Below, in pieces: positions 1-12,697 of a stretch of DNA of 64,000 nucleotides. A program made the position numbers and the translations under genes. The stretch is from positions 369,210,001 to 369,274,000 of the forward strand of contig OZ024742.1 in the NCBI GenBank assembly GCA_964016885.1. Direction: 5' to 3'. Numbering within the stretch: the first letter of the stretch is position 1; each line of letters starts with the position of its first letter. Source of the stretch: Eledone cirrhosa (lineage: Eukaryota). Under the pieces are notes generated by a model. That model was given only the letters and a program-made list of their open reading frames with translations, was not told the DNA's origin and did no database searches.

Positions 1-3000
1 CATTGTTTGTAGCAGGGAGTGTTAATATAAGGGGGTGGGGCATTGGTTGTAGCAGGGAGTGTTAATATAAGGGGGTGGGGCATTGTTTGTAGCAGGGAGA
101 GTTAATATAAGGGGGTGGGGCATTGTTTGTAGCAGGGAGAGTTAATATAAGGGGGTGGGGCATTGTTTGTAGCAGGGAGAGTTAATATAAGGGGGTGGGG
201 CATTGTTTGTAGCAGGGAGAGTTAATATAAGGGGGTGGGGCATTGTTTGTAGCAGGGAGAGTTAATATAAGGGGGTGGGGCATTGTTTGTAGCAGGGAGA
301 GTTAATATAAGGGGGTGGGGCATTGTTTGTAGCAGGGAGAGTTATAAGGGGGTGGGGCATTGTTTGTAGCAGGGAGTGTTAATATAAGGGGGTGGGGCAT
401 TGGTTGTAGCAGGGAGTGTTAATATAAGGGGGTGGGGCATTGGTTGTAGCAGGGAGTGTTAATATAAGGGGGTGGGGCATTGTTTGTAGCAGGGAGTGTT
501 AATATAAGGGGGTGGGGCATTGGTTGTAGCAGGGAGAGTTAATATAAGGGGGTGGGGCATTGGTTGTAGCAGGGAGTGTTAATATAAGGGGGTGGGGCAT
601 TGTTTGTAGCAGGGAGAGTTAATATAAGGGGGTGGGGCATTGTTTGTAGCAGGGAGAGTTATAAGGGGGTGGGGCATTGTTTGTAGCAGGGAGTGTTAAT
701 ATAAGGGGGTGGGGCATTGTTTGTAGCAGGGAGAGTTATAAGGGGGTGGGGCATTGTTTGTAGCAGGGAGAGTTAATATAAGGGGGTGGGGCATTGTTTG
801 TAGCAGGGAGAGTTATAAGGGGGTGGGGCATTGTTTGTAGCAGGGAGTGTTAATATAAGGGGGTGGGGCATTGGTTGTAGCAGGGAGAGTTAATATAAGG
901 GGGTGGGGCATTGTTTGTAGCAGGGAGTGTTAATATAAGAGGGGTGGGGCATTGTTTGTAGCAGGGAGAGTTAATATAAGGGGGTGGGGCATTGTTTGTA
1001 GCAGGGAGAGTTAATATAAGGGGGTGGGGCATTGTTTGTAGCAGGGAGTGTTAATATAAGAGGGTGGGGCATTGTTTGTAGCAGGGAGAGTTAATATAAG
1101 GGGGTGGGGCATTGTTTGTAGCAGGGAGAGTTAATATAAGGGGGTGGGGCATTGTTTGTAGCAGGGAGTGTTAATATAAGAGGGTGGGGCATTGTTTGTA
1201 GCAGGGAGAGTTAATATAAGGGGGTGGGGCATTGGTTGTAGCAGGGAGAGTTAATATAAGGGGGTGGGGCATTGTTTGTAGCAGGGAGAGTTATAAGGGG
1301 GTGGGGCATTGTTTGTAGCAGGGAGTGTTAATATAAGGGGGTGGGGCATTGGTTGTAGCAGGGAGAGTTAATATAAGGGGGTGGGGCATTGTTTGTAGCA
1401 GGGAGAGTTAATATAAGGGGGTGGGGCATTGTTTGTAGCAGGGAGAGTTATAAGGGGGTGGGGCATTGTTTGTAGCAGGGAGTGTTAATATAAGGGGGTG
1501 GGGCATTGGTTGTAGCAGGGAGTGTTAATATAAGGGGGTGGGGCATTGTTTGTAGCAGGGAGTGTTAATATAAGGGGGTGGGGCATTGGTTGTAGCAGGG
1601 AGAGTTAATATAAGGGGGTGGGGCATTGTTTGTAGCAGGGAGAGTTAATATAAGGGGGGTGGGGCATTGTTTGTAGCAGGGAGAGTTAATATAAGGGGGT
1701 GGGGCATTGTTTGTAGCAGGGAGAGTTAATATAAGGGGGTGGGGCATTGGTTGTAGCAGGGAGAGTTAATATAAGGGGGTGGGGCATTGTTTGTAGCAGG
1801 GAGAGTTAATATAAGGGGGTGGGGCATTGGTTGTAGCAGGGAGAGTTAATATAAGGGGGTGGGGCATTGTTTGTAGCAGGGAGAGTTAATATAAGGGGGT
1901 GGGGCATTGGTTGTAGCAGGGAGAGTTAATATAAGGGGGTGGGGCATTGTTTGTAGCAGGGAGAGTTAATATAAGGGGGTGGGGCATTGTTTGTAGCAGG
2001 GAGAGTTAATATAAGGGGGTGGGGCATTGGTTGTAGCAGGGAGAGTTAATATAAGGGGGTGGGGCATTGTTTGTAGCAGGGAGAGTTAATATAAGGGGGT
2101 GGGGCATTGGTTGTAGCAGGGAGTGGGGCATTGTTTGTAGCAGGGAGAGTTAATATAAGGGGGTGGGGCATTGGTTGTAGCAGGGAGAGTTAATATAAGG
2201 GGGTGGGGCATTGTTTGTAGCAGGGAGAGTTAATATAAGGGGGGTGGGGCATTGTAGCAGGGAGAGTTAATATAAGGGGTGTGGGGCATGTTGTAGCAGG
2301 GAGAGTTAATATAAGGGGGTGGGGCATTGTAGCAGGGAGAGTTAATATAAGGGGGTGGGGCATTGTTTGTAGCAGGGAGAGTTAATATAAGGGGGTGGGG
2401 CATTGTTTGTAGCAGGGAGAGTTAATATAAGGGGGTGGGGCATTGTTTGTAGCAGGGAGAGTTAATATAAGGGGGTGGGGCATTGTAGCAGGGAGAGTTA
2501 ATATAAGGGGGTGGGGCATTGTTTGTAGCAGGGAGAGTTAATATAAGGGGGTGGGGCATTGTTTGTAGCAGGGAGAGTTAATATAAGGGGGTGGGGCATT
2601 GGTTGTAGCAGGGAGAGTTAATATAAGGGGGTGGGGCATTGGTTGTAGCAGGGAGTGTTAATATAAGGGGGTGGGGCATTGTTTGTAGCAGGGAGAGTTA
2701 ATATAAGGGGGTGGGGCATTGGTTGTAGCAGGGAGAGTTAATATAAGGGGGTGGGGCATTGGTTGTAGCAGGGAGTGTTAATATAAGGGGGTGGGGCATT
2801 GTTTGTAGCAGGGAGAGTTAATATAAGGGGGTGGGGCATTGTAGCAGGGAGAGTTAATATAAGGGGGTGGGGCATTGTAGCAGGGAGAGTTAATATAAGG
2901 GGGTGGGGCATTGTAGCAGGGAGAGTTAATATAAGGGGGTTGGGGCATTGTTTGTAGCAGGGAGAGTTAATATAAGGGGGTGGGGCATTGGTTGTAGCAG

Positions 3001-6000
3001 GGAGAGTTAATATAAGGGGGTGGGGCATTGTTTGTAGCAGGGAGAGTTAATATAAGGGGGTGGGGCATTGTTTTAGCAGGGAGAGTTAATATAAGGGGGT
3101 GGGGCATTGTAGCAGGGAGAGTTAATATAAGGGGGTGGGGGCATTTGTAGCAGGAGAGTTAATATAAGGGGGTGGGGCATTGTTGTAGCAGGGAGAGTTA
3201 ATATAAGGGGGTGGGGCATTGGTTTGTAGCAGGGAGAGTTAATATAAGGGGGTGGGGCATTGTTTGTAGCAGGGAGAGTTAATATAAGGGGGTGGGGCAT
3301 TGTTGTACAGGGGGGCATTGTAGCAGGAGAGTTAATATAAGGGGGTGGGGCATTGTTTGTAGCAGGGAGAGTTAATATAAGGGGGTGGGGCATTGGTTGT
3401 AGCAGGGGAGTGGGGGCATTGTTGTAGCAGGGAGAGTTAATATAAGGGGGTGGGGCATTAGGGGTTGTTTAGCAGGGAGAGTTAATATAAGGGGTGGGGC
3501 ATTGGTTGTAGCAGGGCATTGTTGTAGCAGGGGAGTTAATATAAGGGGGTGGGGCATTGGTTGTAGCAGGGAGAGTTAATATAAGGGGGTGGGGCATTGT
3601 TGTAGCAGGGAGAGTTAATATAAGGGGGTGGGGCATTGGTTGTAGCAGGGAGTGGGGCATTGTTTGTAGCAGGGAGAGTTAATATAAGGGGGTGGGGCAT
3701 TGGTTGTAGCAGGGAGGTGGGGCATTGTTTGTAGCAGGGAGAGTTAATATAAGGGGGTGGGGCATTGGTTGTAGCAGGGAGAGTTAATATAAGGGGGTGG
3801 GGCATTGGTTGTAGCAGGGAGAGTTAATATAAGGGGTGGGGATTGGTTGTAGCAGGGAGAGTTAATATAAGGGGGTGGGGCATTGTTTGTAGCAGGAGAG
3901 TTATATAAGGGGGTGGGGCATTGGTTGTAGCAGGGAGAGTTAATATAAGGGGGTGGGGCATTGGTTGTAGCAGGAGAGTTAATATAGAGGGTGGGCATTG
4001 GTTGTAGCAGGGAGAGCTAATATAAGGGGTGGGCATTGGTTGTAGCAGGGAGTGGGGCATTGTTTGTAGCAGGGAGAGTTAATATAAGGGGGTGGGGCAT
4101 TGGTTGTAGCAGGGAGTGGGGCATTGTTTGTAGCAGGGAGAGTTAATATAAGGGGGTGGGGCATTGGTTGTAGCAGGGAGAGTTAATATAAGGGGTGGGG
4201 CATTGGTTGTAGCAGGGAGAGTTAATATAAGGGGGTGGGGCATTGGTTGTAGCAGGGAGTGGGGCATTGTTTGTAGCAGGGAGAGTTAATATAAGGGGGT
4301 GGGGCATTGGTTGTAGCAGGGAGAGTTAATATAAGGGGTGGGGCATTGGTTGTAGCAGGGAGAGTTAATATAAGGGGTGGGGCATTGGTTGTAGCAGGGA
4401 GAGTTAATATAAGGGGTGGGGCATTGGTTGTAGCAGGGAGAGTTAATATAAGGGGTGGGGCATTGGTTGTAGCAGGGAGTGGGCATTGTTTTAGCAGGGA
4501 GAGTTAATATAAGGGGGTGGGGCATTGGTTGTAGCAGGGAGAGTTAATATAAGAGGTGGGGCATTGGTGTAGCAGGGAGAGTAATATAAGGGGGTGGGGC
4601 ATTGGTTGTAGCAGGGAGAGTTAATATAAGGGGGTGGGGCATTGGTTGTAGCAGGGAGAGTTAATATAAGGGGGTGGGGCATTGGTTGTAGCAGGGAGTG
4701 GGGCATTGTTTGTAGCAGGGAGAGTTAATATAAGGGGGGTGGGGCATTGGTTGTAGCAGGGAGAGTTAATATAAGGGGGTGGGGCATTGGTTGTAGCAGG
4801 GAGAGTTAATATAAGGGGGTGGGCATTGGTGTGTAGCAGGGAGAGTTAATATAAGGGGGTGGGGCATTGGTTGTAGCAGGGAGAGTTAATATAAGAGGGT
4901 GGGGCATTGGTTGTAGCAGGGAGAGTTAATATAAGGGGGTGGGGCATTGGTTGTAGCAGGAGAGTTAATATAAGGGGGTGGGGCATTGGTTGTAGCAGGG
5001 AGAGTTAATATAAGAGGGGTGGGGCATTGGTTGTAGCAGGGAGTGGGGCATTGTTTGTAGCAGGGAGAGTTAATATAAGGGGGTGGGGCATTGGTTGTAG
5101 CAGGGAGAGTTAATATAAGGGGGTGGGGCATTGGTTGTAGCAGGGAGTGGGGCATTGTTTGTAGCAGGGAGAGTTAATATAAGGGGGTGGGGCATTGGTT
5201 GTAGCAGGGAGAGTTAATATAAGAGGGTGGGGCATTGGTTGTAGCAGGGAGTGGGGCATTGTTTGTAGCAGGGAGAGTTAATATAAGGGGGTGGGGCATT
5301 GGTTGTAGCAGGGAGAGTTAATATAAGGGGGTGGGGCATTGGTTGTAGCAGGGGAGTGGGGCATTGTTTGTAGCAGGGAGAGTTAATATAAGGGGGTGGG
5401 GCATTGGTTGTAGCAGGGAGAGTTAATATAAGAGGGTGGGGCATTGGTTGTAGCAGGGAGAGTTAATATAAGGGGGTGGGGCATTGGTTGTAGCAGGGAG
5501 AGTTAATATAAGGGGGTGGGGCATTGGTTGTAGCAGGGAGAGTTAATATAAGGGGGTGGGGCATTGGTTGTAGCAGGGAGAGTTAATATAAGGGGGTGGG
5601 GCATTGGTTGTAGCAGGGAGTGGGGCATTGTTTGTAGCAGGGAGAGTTAATATAAGGGGGTGGGGCATTGGTTGTAGCAGGGAGAGTTAATATAAGAGGG
5701 TGGGGGCATTGGTTGTAGCAGGGAGAGTTAATATAAGGGGGTGGGGCATTGGTTGTAGCAGGGAGTGGGCATTGTTTGTAGCAGGGAGAGTTAATATAAG
5801 GGGGTGGGGCATTGGTTGTAGCAGGGAGAGTTAATATAAGGGGGTGGGGCATTGGTTGTAGCAGGGAGAGTTAATATAAGGGGGTGGGGGCATTGGTTGT
5901 AGCAGGGAGAGTTAATATAAGGGGGTGGGGCATTGGTTGTAGCAGGGAGTGGGGCATTGTTTGTAGCAGGGAGAGTTAATATAAGGGGGTGGGGCATTGG

Positions 6001-9000
6001 TTGTAGCAGGGAGAGTAATATAAGGGGGTGGGGCATTGGTTGTAGCAGGGAGAGTAATATAAGGGGGTGGGCATTGTTTGTAGCAGGGAGAGTTAATATA
6101 AGGGGTGGGGCATTGGTTGTAGCAGGGAGAGTTAATATAAGAGGGTGGGGCATTGGTTGTAGCAGGGAGTGGGGCATTGTTTGTAGCAGGGAGAGTTAAT
6201 ATAAGGGGGTGGGGCATTGGTTGTAGCAGGGAGAGTTAATATAAGGGGGTGGGGCATTGGTTGTAGCAGGGAGAGTTAATATAAGGGGGTGGGGCATTGG
6301 TTGTAGCAGGGAGTGGGGCATTGTTTGTAGCAGGGAGAGTTAATATAAGGGGGTGGGGCATTGGTTGTAGCAGGGAGTGGGGCGATTGTTTGTAGCAGGG
6401 AGAGTTAATATAAGGGGGTGGGGCATTGGTTGTAGCAGGGGAGAGTTAATATAAGGGGGTGGGGCATTGGTTGTAGCAGGGAGAGTTAATATAAGGGGGT
6501 GGGGCATTGGTTGTAGCAGGGAGAGTTAATATAAGGGGGTGGGGCATTGGTTGTAGCAGGGAGTGGGGCATTGTTTTGTAGCAGGGAGAGTTAATATAAG
6601 GGGGTGGGGCATTGGTTGTAGCAGGGAGAGTTAATATAAGAGGGTGGGGCATTGGTTGTAGCAGGGAGAGTTAATATAAGGGGGTGGGGCATTGGTTGTA
6701 GCAGGAGTGGGGCATTGTTTGTAGCAGGGAGAGTTAATATAAGGGGGTGGGGCATTGGTTGTAGCAGGGAGAGTTAATATAAGAGGGTGGGGCATTGGTT
6801 GTAGCAGGGAGAGTTACTATAAGGGGTGGGGCATTGGTTGTAGCAGGGAGTTGGGGCATTGTTTGTAGCAGGGAGAGTTAATATAAGGGGGTGGGGCATT
6901 GGTTGTAGCAGGGAGTGGGGGCATGTTTGTAGCAGGGAGAGTTAATATAAGGGGGTGGGGCATTGGTTGTAGCAGGGAGAGTTATAAGGGTGGGCATTGG
7001 TTGTAGCAGGGAGAGTTAATATAAGGGGGTGGGGCATTGGTTGTAGCAGGGAGTGGGGCATTGTTTGTAGCAGGGAGAGTTAATATAAGGGGGTGGGGGC
7101 ATTGGTTGTAGCAGGGAGAGTTAATATAAGAGGGTGGGGCATTGGTTGTAGCAGGGAGAGTTAATATAAGGGGTGGGGCATTGGTTGTAGCAGGGAGTGG
7201 GGGCATTGTTGTAGCAGGAGAGTTAATATAAGGGGGTGGGGCATTGGTTGTAGCAGGGAGTGGGGCATTGTTTGTAGCAGGGAGAGTTAATATAAGGGGG
7301 TGGGGCATTGTTGTAGCAGGGAGAGTTAATATAAGGGGGTGGGGCATTGGTTGTAGCAGGGAGTGGGGCATGTTTGTAGCAGGGAGAGTTAATATAAGAG
7401 GGTTGGGGCATTGGGTTGTAGCAGGGAGTGGGGCATTGTTTGTAGCAGGGAGAGTTAATATAAGGGGGTGGGGCATTGGTTGTAGCAGGGAGAGTTAATA
7501 TAAGGGGGTGGGGCATTGGTTGTAGCAGGGAGTGGGGCATTGTTTGTAGCAGGGAGAGTTAATATAAGGGGGTGGGGCATTGGTTGTAGCAGGGAGAGTT
7601 AATATAAGGGAGTGGGGCATTGTTTGTAGCAGGGAGAGTTAATATAAGAGGGTGGGGCATTGGTTGTAGCAGGGAGTGGGGCATTGTTTGTAGCAGGGAG
7701 AGTTAATATAAGGGAGTGGGGCATTGTTTGTAGCAGGGAGAGTTAATATAAGGGGGTGGGGCATTGGTTGTAGCAGGGAGTGGGGCATTGTTTGTAGCAG
7801 GGAGAGTTAATATAAGGGGGTGGGGCATTGGTTGTAGCAGGGAGAGTTAATATAAGGGGGTGGGGCATTGGTTGTAGCAGGGAGAGTTAATATAAGGGGG
7901 GTGGGGCATTGGTTGTAGCAGGGAGAGTTAATATAAGGGGGTGGGGGCATTGTTTGTAGCAGGGAGAGTTAATAAGGGGGTGGGGCATTGGTTGTAGCAG
8001 GGAGAGTTAATATAAGGGGGTGGGGCATTGTTTGTAGCAGGGAGAGTTAATATAAGGGGGGTGGGGCATTGGTTGTAGCAGGGAGAGTTAATATAAGGGG
8101 GTGGGGCATTGGTTGTAGCAGGGAGTGGGGGCATTGTTTGTAGCAGGGAGAGTTAATATAAGGGGAGTGGGGCATTGTTTGTAGCAGGGAGAGTTAATAT
8201 AAGAGGGTGGGGCATTGGTTGTAGCAGGGAGTAGGGGGGGCATTGGTTGTAGCAGGGAGAGTTAATATAAGGGGGTGGGGCATTGGTTGTAGCAGGGAGA
8301 GTTAATATAAGGGGAGTGGGGCATTGTTGTAGCAGGGAGAGTTAATATAAGAGGGTGGGCATTGGTTGTAGCAGGGAGTGGGCATTGTTGTAGCAGGGAG
8401 AGTTAATATAAGGGGGTGGGGCATTGGTTGTAGCAGGGAGAGTTAATATAAGGGGGTGGGGCATTGGTTGTCAGCAGGGAGAGTTAATATAAGGGGTGGG
8501 CATTGGTTTGTAGCAGGAGAGTTAATATAAGGGGTGGGGCATTGTTTGTAGCAGGAGAGTTAATATAGGGGGTGGGGCATTGGTTTGTAGCAGGGAGAGT
8601 TAATATAAGGGGGTGGGGCATTGGTTGTAGCAGGGAGAGTTAATATAAGGGGGTGGGGCATTGGTTTGTAGCAGGGAGAGTTAATATAAGGGGGTGGGGC
8701 ATTGGTTGTAGCAGGGAGAGTTAATATAAGAGGGTGGGGCATTGGTTGTAGCAGGGAGGAGTTAATATAAGGGGGTGGGGCATTGGTTGTAGCAGGGAGA
8801 GTTAATATAAGGGGGTGGGCATTGGTTGTAGCAGGAGAGTTAATATAAGGGGGTGGGCATGGTTGTAGCAGGGAGAGTTAATATAAGGGGGTGGGGCATG
8901 GTTTAGCAGGGAGTGGGCATTGTTTGTAGCAGGGAGAGTTAATATAAGGGGGTGGGGCATTGGTTGTAGCAGGGAAGGTGGGGCATTGTTTGTAGCAGGG

Positions 9001-12000
9001 AGAGTTAATATAAGGGGGTGGGGCATTGGTTGTAGCAGGGAGAGTTAATATAAGGGGTGTGGGGCATTGGTTGTAGCAGGGAGAGTTAATATAAGGGGGT
9101 GGGGCATTGGTTGTAGCAGGGAGAGTTAATATAAGGGGGTGGGGCATTGGTTGTAGCAGGGAGAGTTAATATAAGGGGGTGGGGCATTGGTTGTAGCAGG
9201 GAGAGTTAATATAAGGGGGTGGGGGCATTGGTTGTAGCAGGGAGAGTTAATATAAGGGGGTGGGGCATTGGTTGTAGCAGGGAGAGTTAATATAAGGGGG
9301 GTGGGGCATTGGTTGTAGCAGGGAGAGTTAATATAAGGGGGTGGGGCATTGGTTGTAGCAGGGAGAGTTAATATAAGGGGGTGGGCATTGGTTGTAGCAG
9401 GGAGAGTTAATATAAGGGGGTGGGGCATTGGTTGTAGCAGGGAGAGTTAATATAAGGGGTGGGGCATTGGTTGTAGCAGGTGAAGTGGTGGGGCATTGTT
9501 TGTAGCAGGGAGAGTTAATATAAGGGGGTGGGGCATTGGTTGTAGCAGGGAGAGTTAATATAAGGGGGTGGGGCATTGGTTGTAGCAGGGAGAGTTAATA
9601 TAAGGGGGTGGGGCATTGTTTGTAAGCAGGGAGAGTTAATATAAGGGGGTGGGGCATTGGTTGTAGCAGGGAGAGTTAATATAAGGGGGTGGGGCATTGT
9701 TTGTAGCAGGGAGAGTTAATATAAGGGGGTGGGGCATTGTTTGTAGCAGGGGAGAGTTAATATAAGGGGGTGGGCATTGGTTGTAGCAGGGAGAGTTAAT
9801 ATAAGGGGGGTGGGCATTGTTTGTAGCAGGGAGAGTTAATATAAGGGGGTGGGGCATTGGTTGTAGCAGGGAGTGGGGCATTGTTTGTAGCAGGAGAGTT
9901 AATATAAGGGGGTGGGGCATTGGTTGTAGCAGGGAGAGTTAATATAAGGGGGTGGGGCATTGGTTGTAGCAGGGAGAGTTAATATAAGGGGGTGGGGCAT
10001 TGGTTGTAGCAGGGGAGAGTTAATATAAGGGGGTGGGGCATTGGTTGTAGCAGGGAGAGTTAATATAAGGGGTGGGGCATTGGTTGTAGCAGGGAGAGTT
10101 AATATAAGGGGGTGGGGCATTGTTTGTAGCAGGGAGAGTTAATATAAGGGGGTGGGGCATTGGTTGTAGCAGGGAGAGTTAATATAAGGGGGTGGGGCAT
10201 TGTTTGTAGCAGGGAGAGTTAATATAAGGGGGGTGGGGCATTGTTGTAGCAGGGAGAGTTAATATAAGGGGGTGGGGCATTGTTTGTAGCAGGGAGAGTT
10301 AATATAAGGGGGTGGGGCATTGTTTGTAGCAGGGAGAGTTAATATAAGGGGGTGGGGCATTGTTGTTAGCAGGGAGAGTTAATATAAGGGGGTGGGCATT
10401 GTTTGTAGCAGGGAGAGTTAATATAAGGGGGTGGGGCATTGTTTGTAGCAGGGAGAGTTAATATAAGGGGGTGGGGCATTGGTTGTAGCAGGGAGAGTTA
10501 ATATAAGGGGGTGGGCATTGTTTGTAGCAGGGAGAGTTAATATAAGGGGGTGGGGCATTGGTTGTAGCAGGGAGAGTTAATATAAGGGGGTGGGGCATTG
10601 TTTGTAGCAGGGAGAGTTAATATAAGGGGGTGGGGCATTGGTTGTAGCAGGGAGAGTTAATATAAGGGGGTGGGGCATTGTTTGTAGCAGGGAGAGTTAA
10701 TATAAGGGGGTGGGGCATTGGTTTGTAGCAGGGAGAGTTAATATAAGGGGGTGGGGCATTGTTTGTAGCAGGGAGAGTTAATATAAGGGGGTGGGGCATT
10801 GGTTGTAGCAGGGAGAGTTAATATAAGGGGGTGGGGCATTGTTTGTAGCAGGGAGAGTTAATATAAGGGGGTGGGGCATTGTTTGTAGCAGGGAGAGTTA
10901 ATATAAGGGGGTGGGGCATTGTTTGTAGCAGGGAGAGTTAATATAAGGGGGTGGGGCATTGTTTGTAGCAGGGAGAGTTAATATAAGGGGGTGGGGCATT
11001 GTTTGTAGCAGGGAGAGTTAATATAAGAGGGTGGGGCATTGTTTGTAGCAGGGAGAGTTAATATAAGGGGGTGGGGCATTGTTTGTAGCAGGGAGAGTTA
11101 ATATAAGGGGGTGGGGCATTGTTTGTAGCAGGGAGAGTTAATATAAGGGGGTGGGGCATTGTTTGTAGCAGGGAGAGTTAATATAAGGGGGTGGGGCATT
11201 GTTTGTAGCAGGGAGAGTTAATATAAGGGAGTGGGGCATTGTTTGTAGCAGGGAGAGTTAATATAAGAGGGTGGGGCATTGTTTGTAGCAGGGAGAGTTA
11301 ATATAAGGGGGTGGGGCATTGTTTGTAGCAGGGAGAGTTAATATAAGGGGGTGGGACATTGTTTGTAGCAGGGAGTGGGGCATTGTTTGTAGCAGGGAGA
11401 GTTAATATAAGAGGGTGGGGCATTGTTTGTAGCAGGGAGAGTTAATATAAGGGGGTGGGGCATTGTTTGTAGCAGGGAGAGTTAATATAAGGGGGTGGGG
11501 CATTGTTTGTAGCAGGGAGAGTTAATATAAGGGGGTGGGGCATTGTTTGTAGCAGGGAGAGTTAATATAAGGGGGTGGGGCATTGTTTGTAGCAGGGAGA
11601 GTTAATATAAGGGGGTGGGGCATTGTTTGTAGCAGGGAGAGTTAATATAAGGGGGTGGGGCATTGTTTGTAGCAGGGAGAGTTAATATAAGGGGGTGGGG
11701 CATTGTTTGTAGCAGGGAGTGGGGCATTGTTTGTAGCAGGGAGAGTTAATATAAGAGGGTGGGGCATTGTTTGTAGCAGGGAGAGTTAATATAAGGGGGT
11801 GGGGCATTGGTTGTAGCAGGGAGAGTTAATATAAGGGGGTGGGGCATTGTTTGTAGCAGGGAGAGTTAATATAAGGGGGTGGGGCATTGTTTGTAGCAGG
11901 GAGAGTTAATATAAGGGGGTGGGGCATTGTTTGTAGCAGGGAGTGGGGCATTGTTTGTAGCAGGGAGAGTTAATATAAGAGGGTGGGGCATTGTTTGTAG

Positions 12001-12603
12001 CAGGGAGAGTTAATATAAGGGGGTGGGGCATTGTTTGTAGCAGGGAGAGTTAATATAAGGGGGTGGGGCATTGTTTGTAGCAGGGAGAGTTAATATAAGG
12101 GGGTGGGGCATTGTTTGTAGCAGGGAGAGTTAATATAAGGGGGTGGGGCATTGTTTGTAGCAGGGAGTGGGGCATTGTTTGTAGCAGGGAGAGTTAATAT
12201 AAGAGGGTGGGGCATTGTTTGTAGCAGGGAGAGTTAATATAAGGGGGTGGGGCATTGTTTGTAGCAGGGAGAGTTAATATAAGGGAGTGGGGCATTGTTT
12301 GTAGCAGGGAGAGTTAATATAAGGGGGTGGGGCATTGTTTGTAGCAGGGAGAGTTAATATAAGGGGGTGGGGCATTGTTTGTAGCAGGGAGAGTTAATAT
12401 AAGGGGGTGGGGCATTGTTTGTAGCAGGGAGAGTTAATATAAGGGGGTGGGGCATTGTTTGTAGCAGGGAGAGTTAATATAAGGGGGTGGGGCATTGGTT
12501 GTAGCAGGGAGAGTTAATATAAGGGAGTGGGGCATTGTTTGTAGCAGGGAGAGTTAATATAAGGGGGTGGGGCATTGTTTGTAGCAGGGAGAGTTAATAT
12601 AAG
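1..12603. repeat. G-rich 40-bp minisatellite array (unit CATTG[T/G]TTGTAGCAGGGAGAGTTAATATAAGGGGGTGGGG), >300 units, continues beyond the left edge
   Basis: A 40-bp period is directly visible, with interspersed 37-bp (GTTATAAG) and 24-bp (…GGGAGTGGGG) deletion variants. All ORFs here are repeat translations. Confidence 0.98.
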
Positions 12604-12697
12604 AAGCTGTCGCCTTGGCGCGAAATAAAAAATTAAAAAATTTCAAACCTGAAAATGAAACTGGGTCAACAGCTGTCATAGTTAAATCTATATAGCG

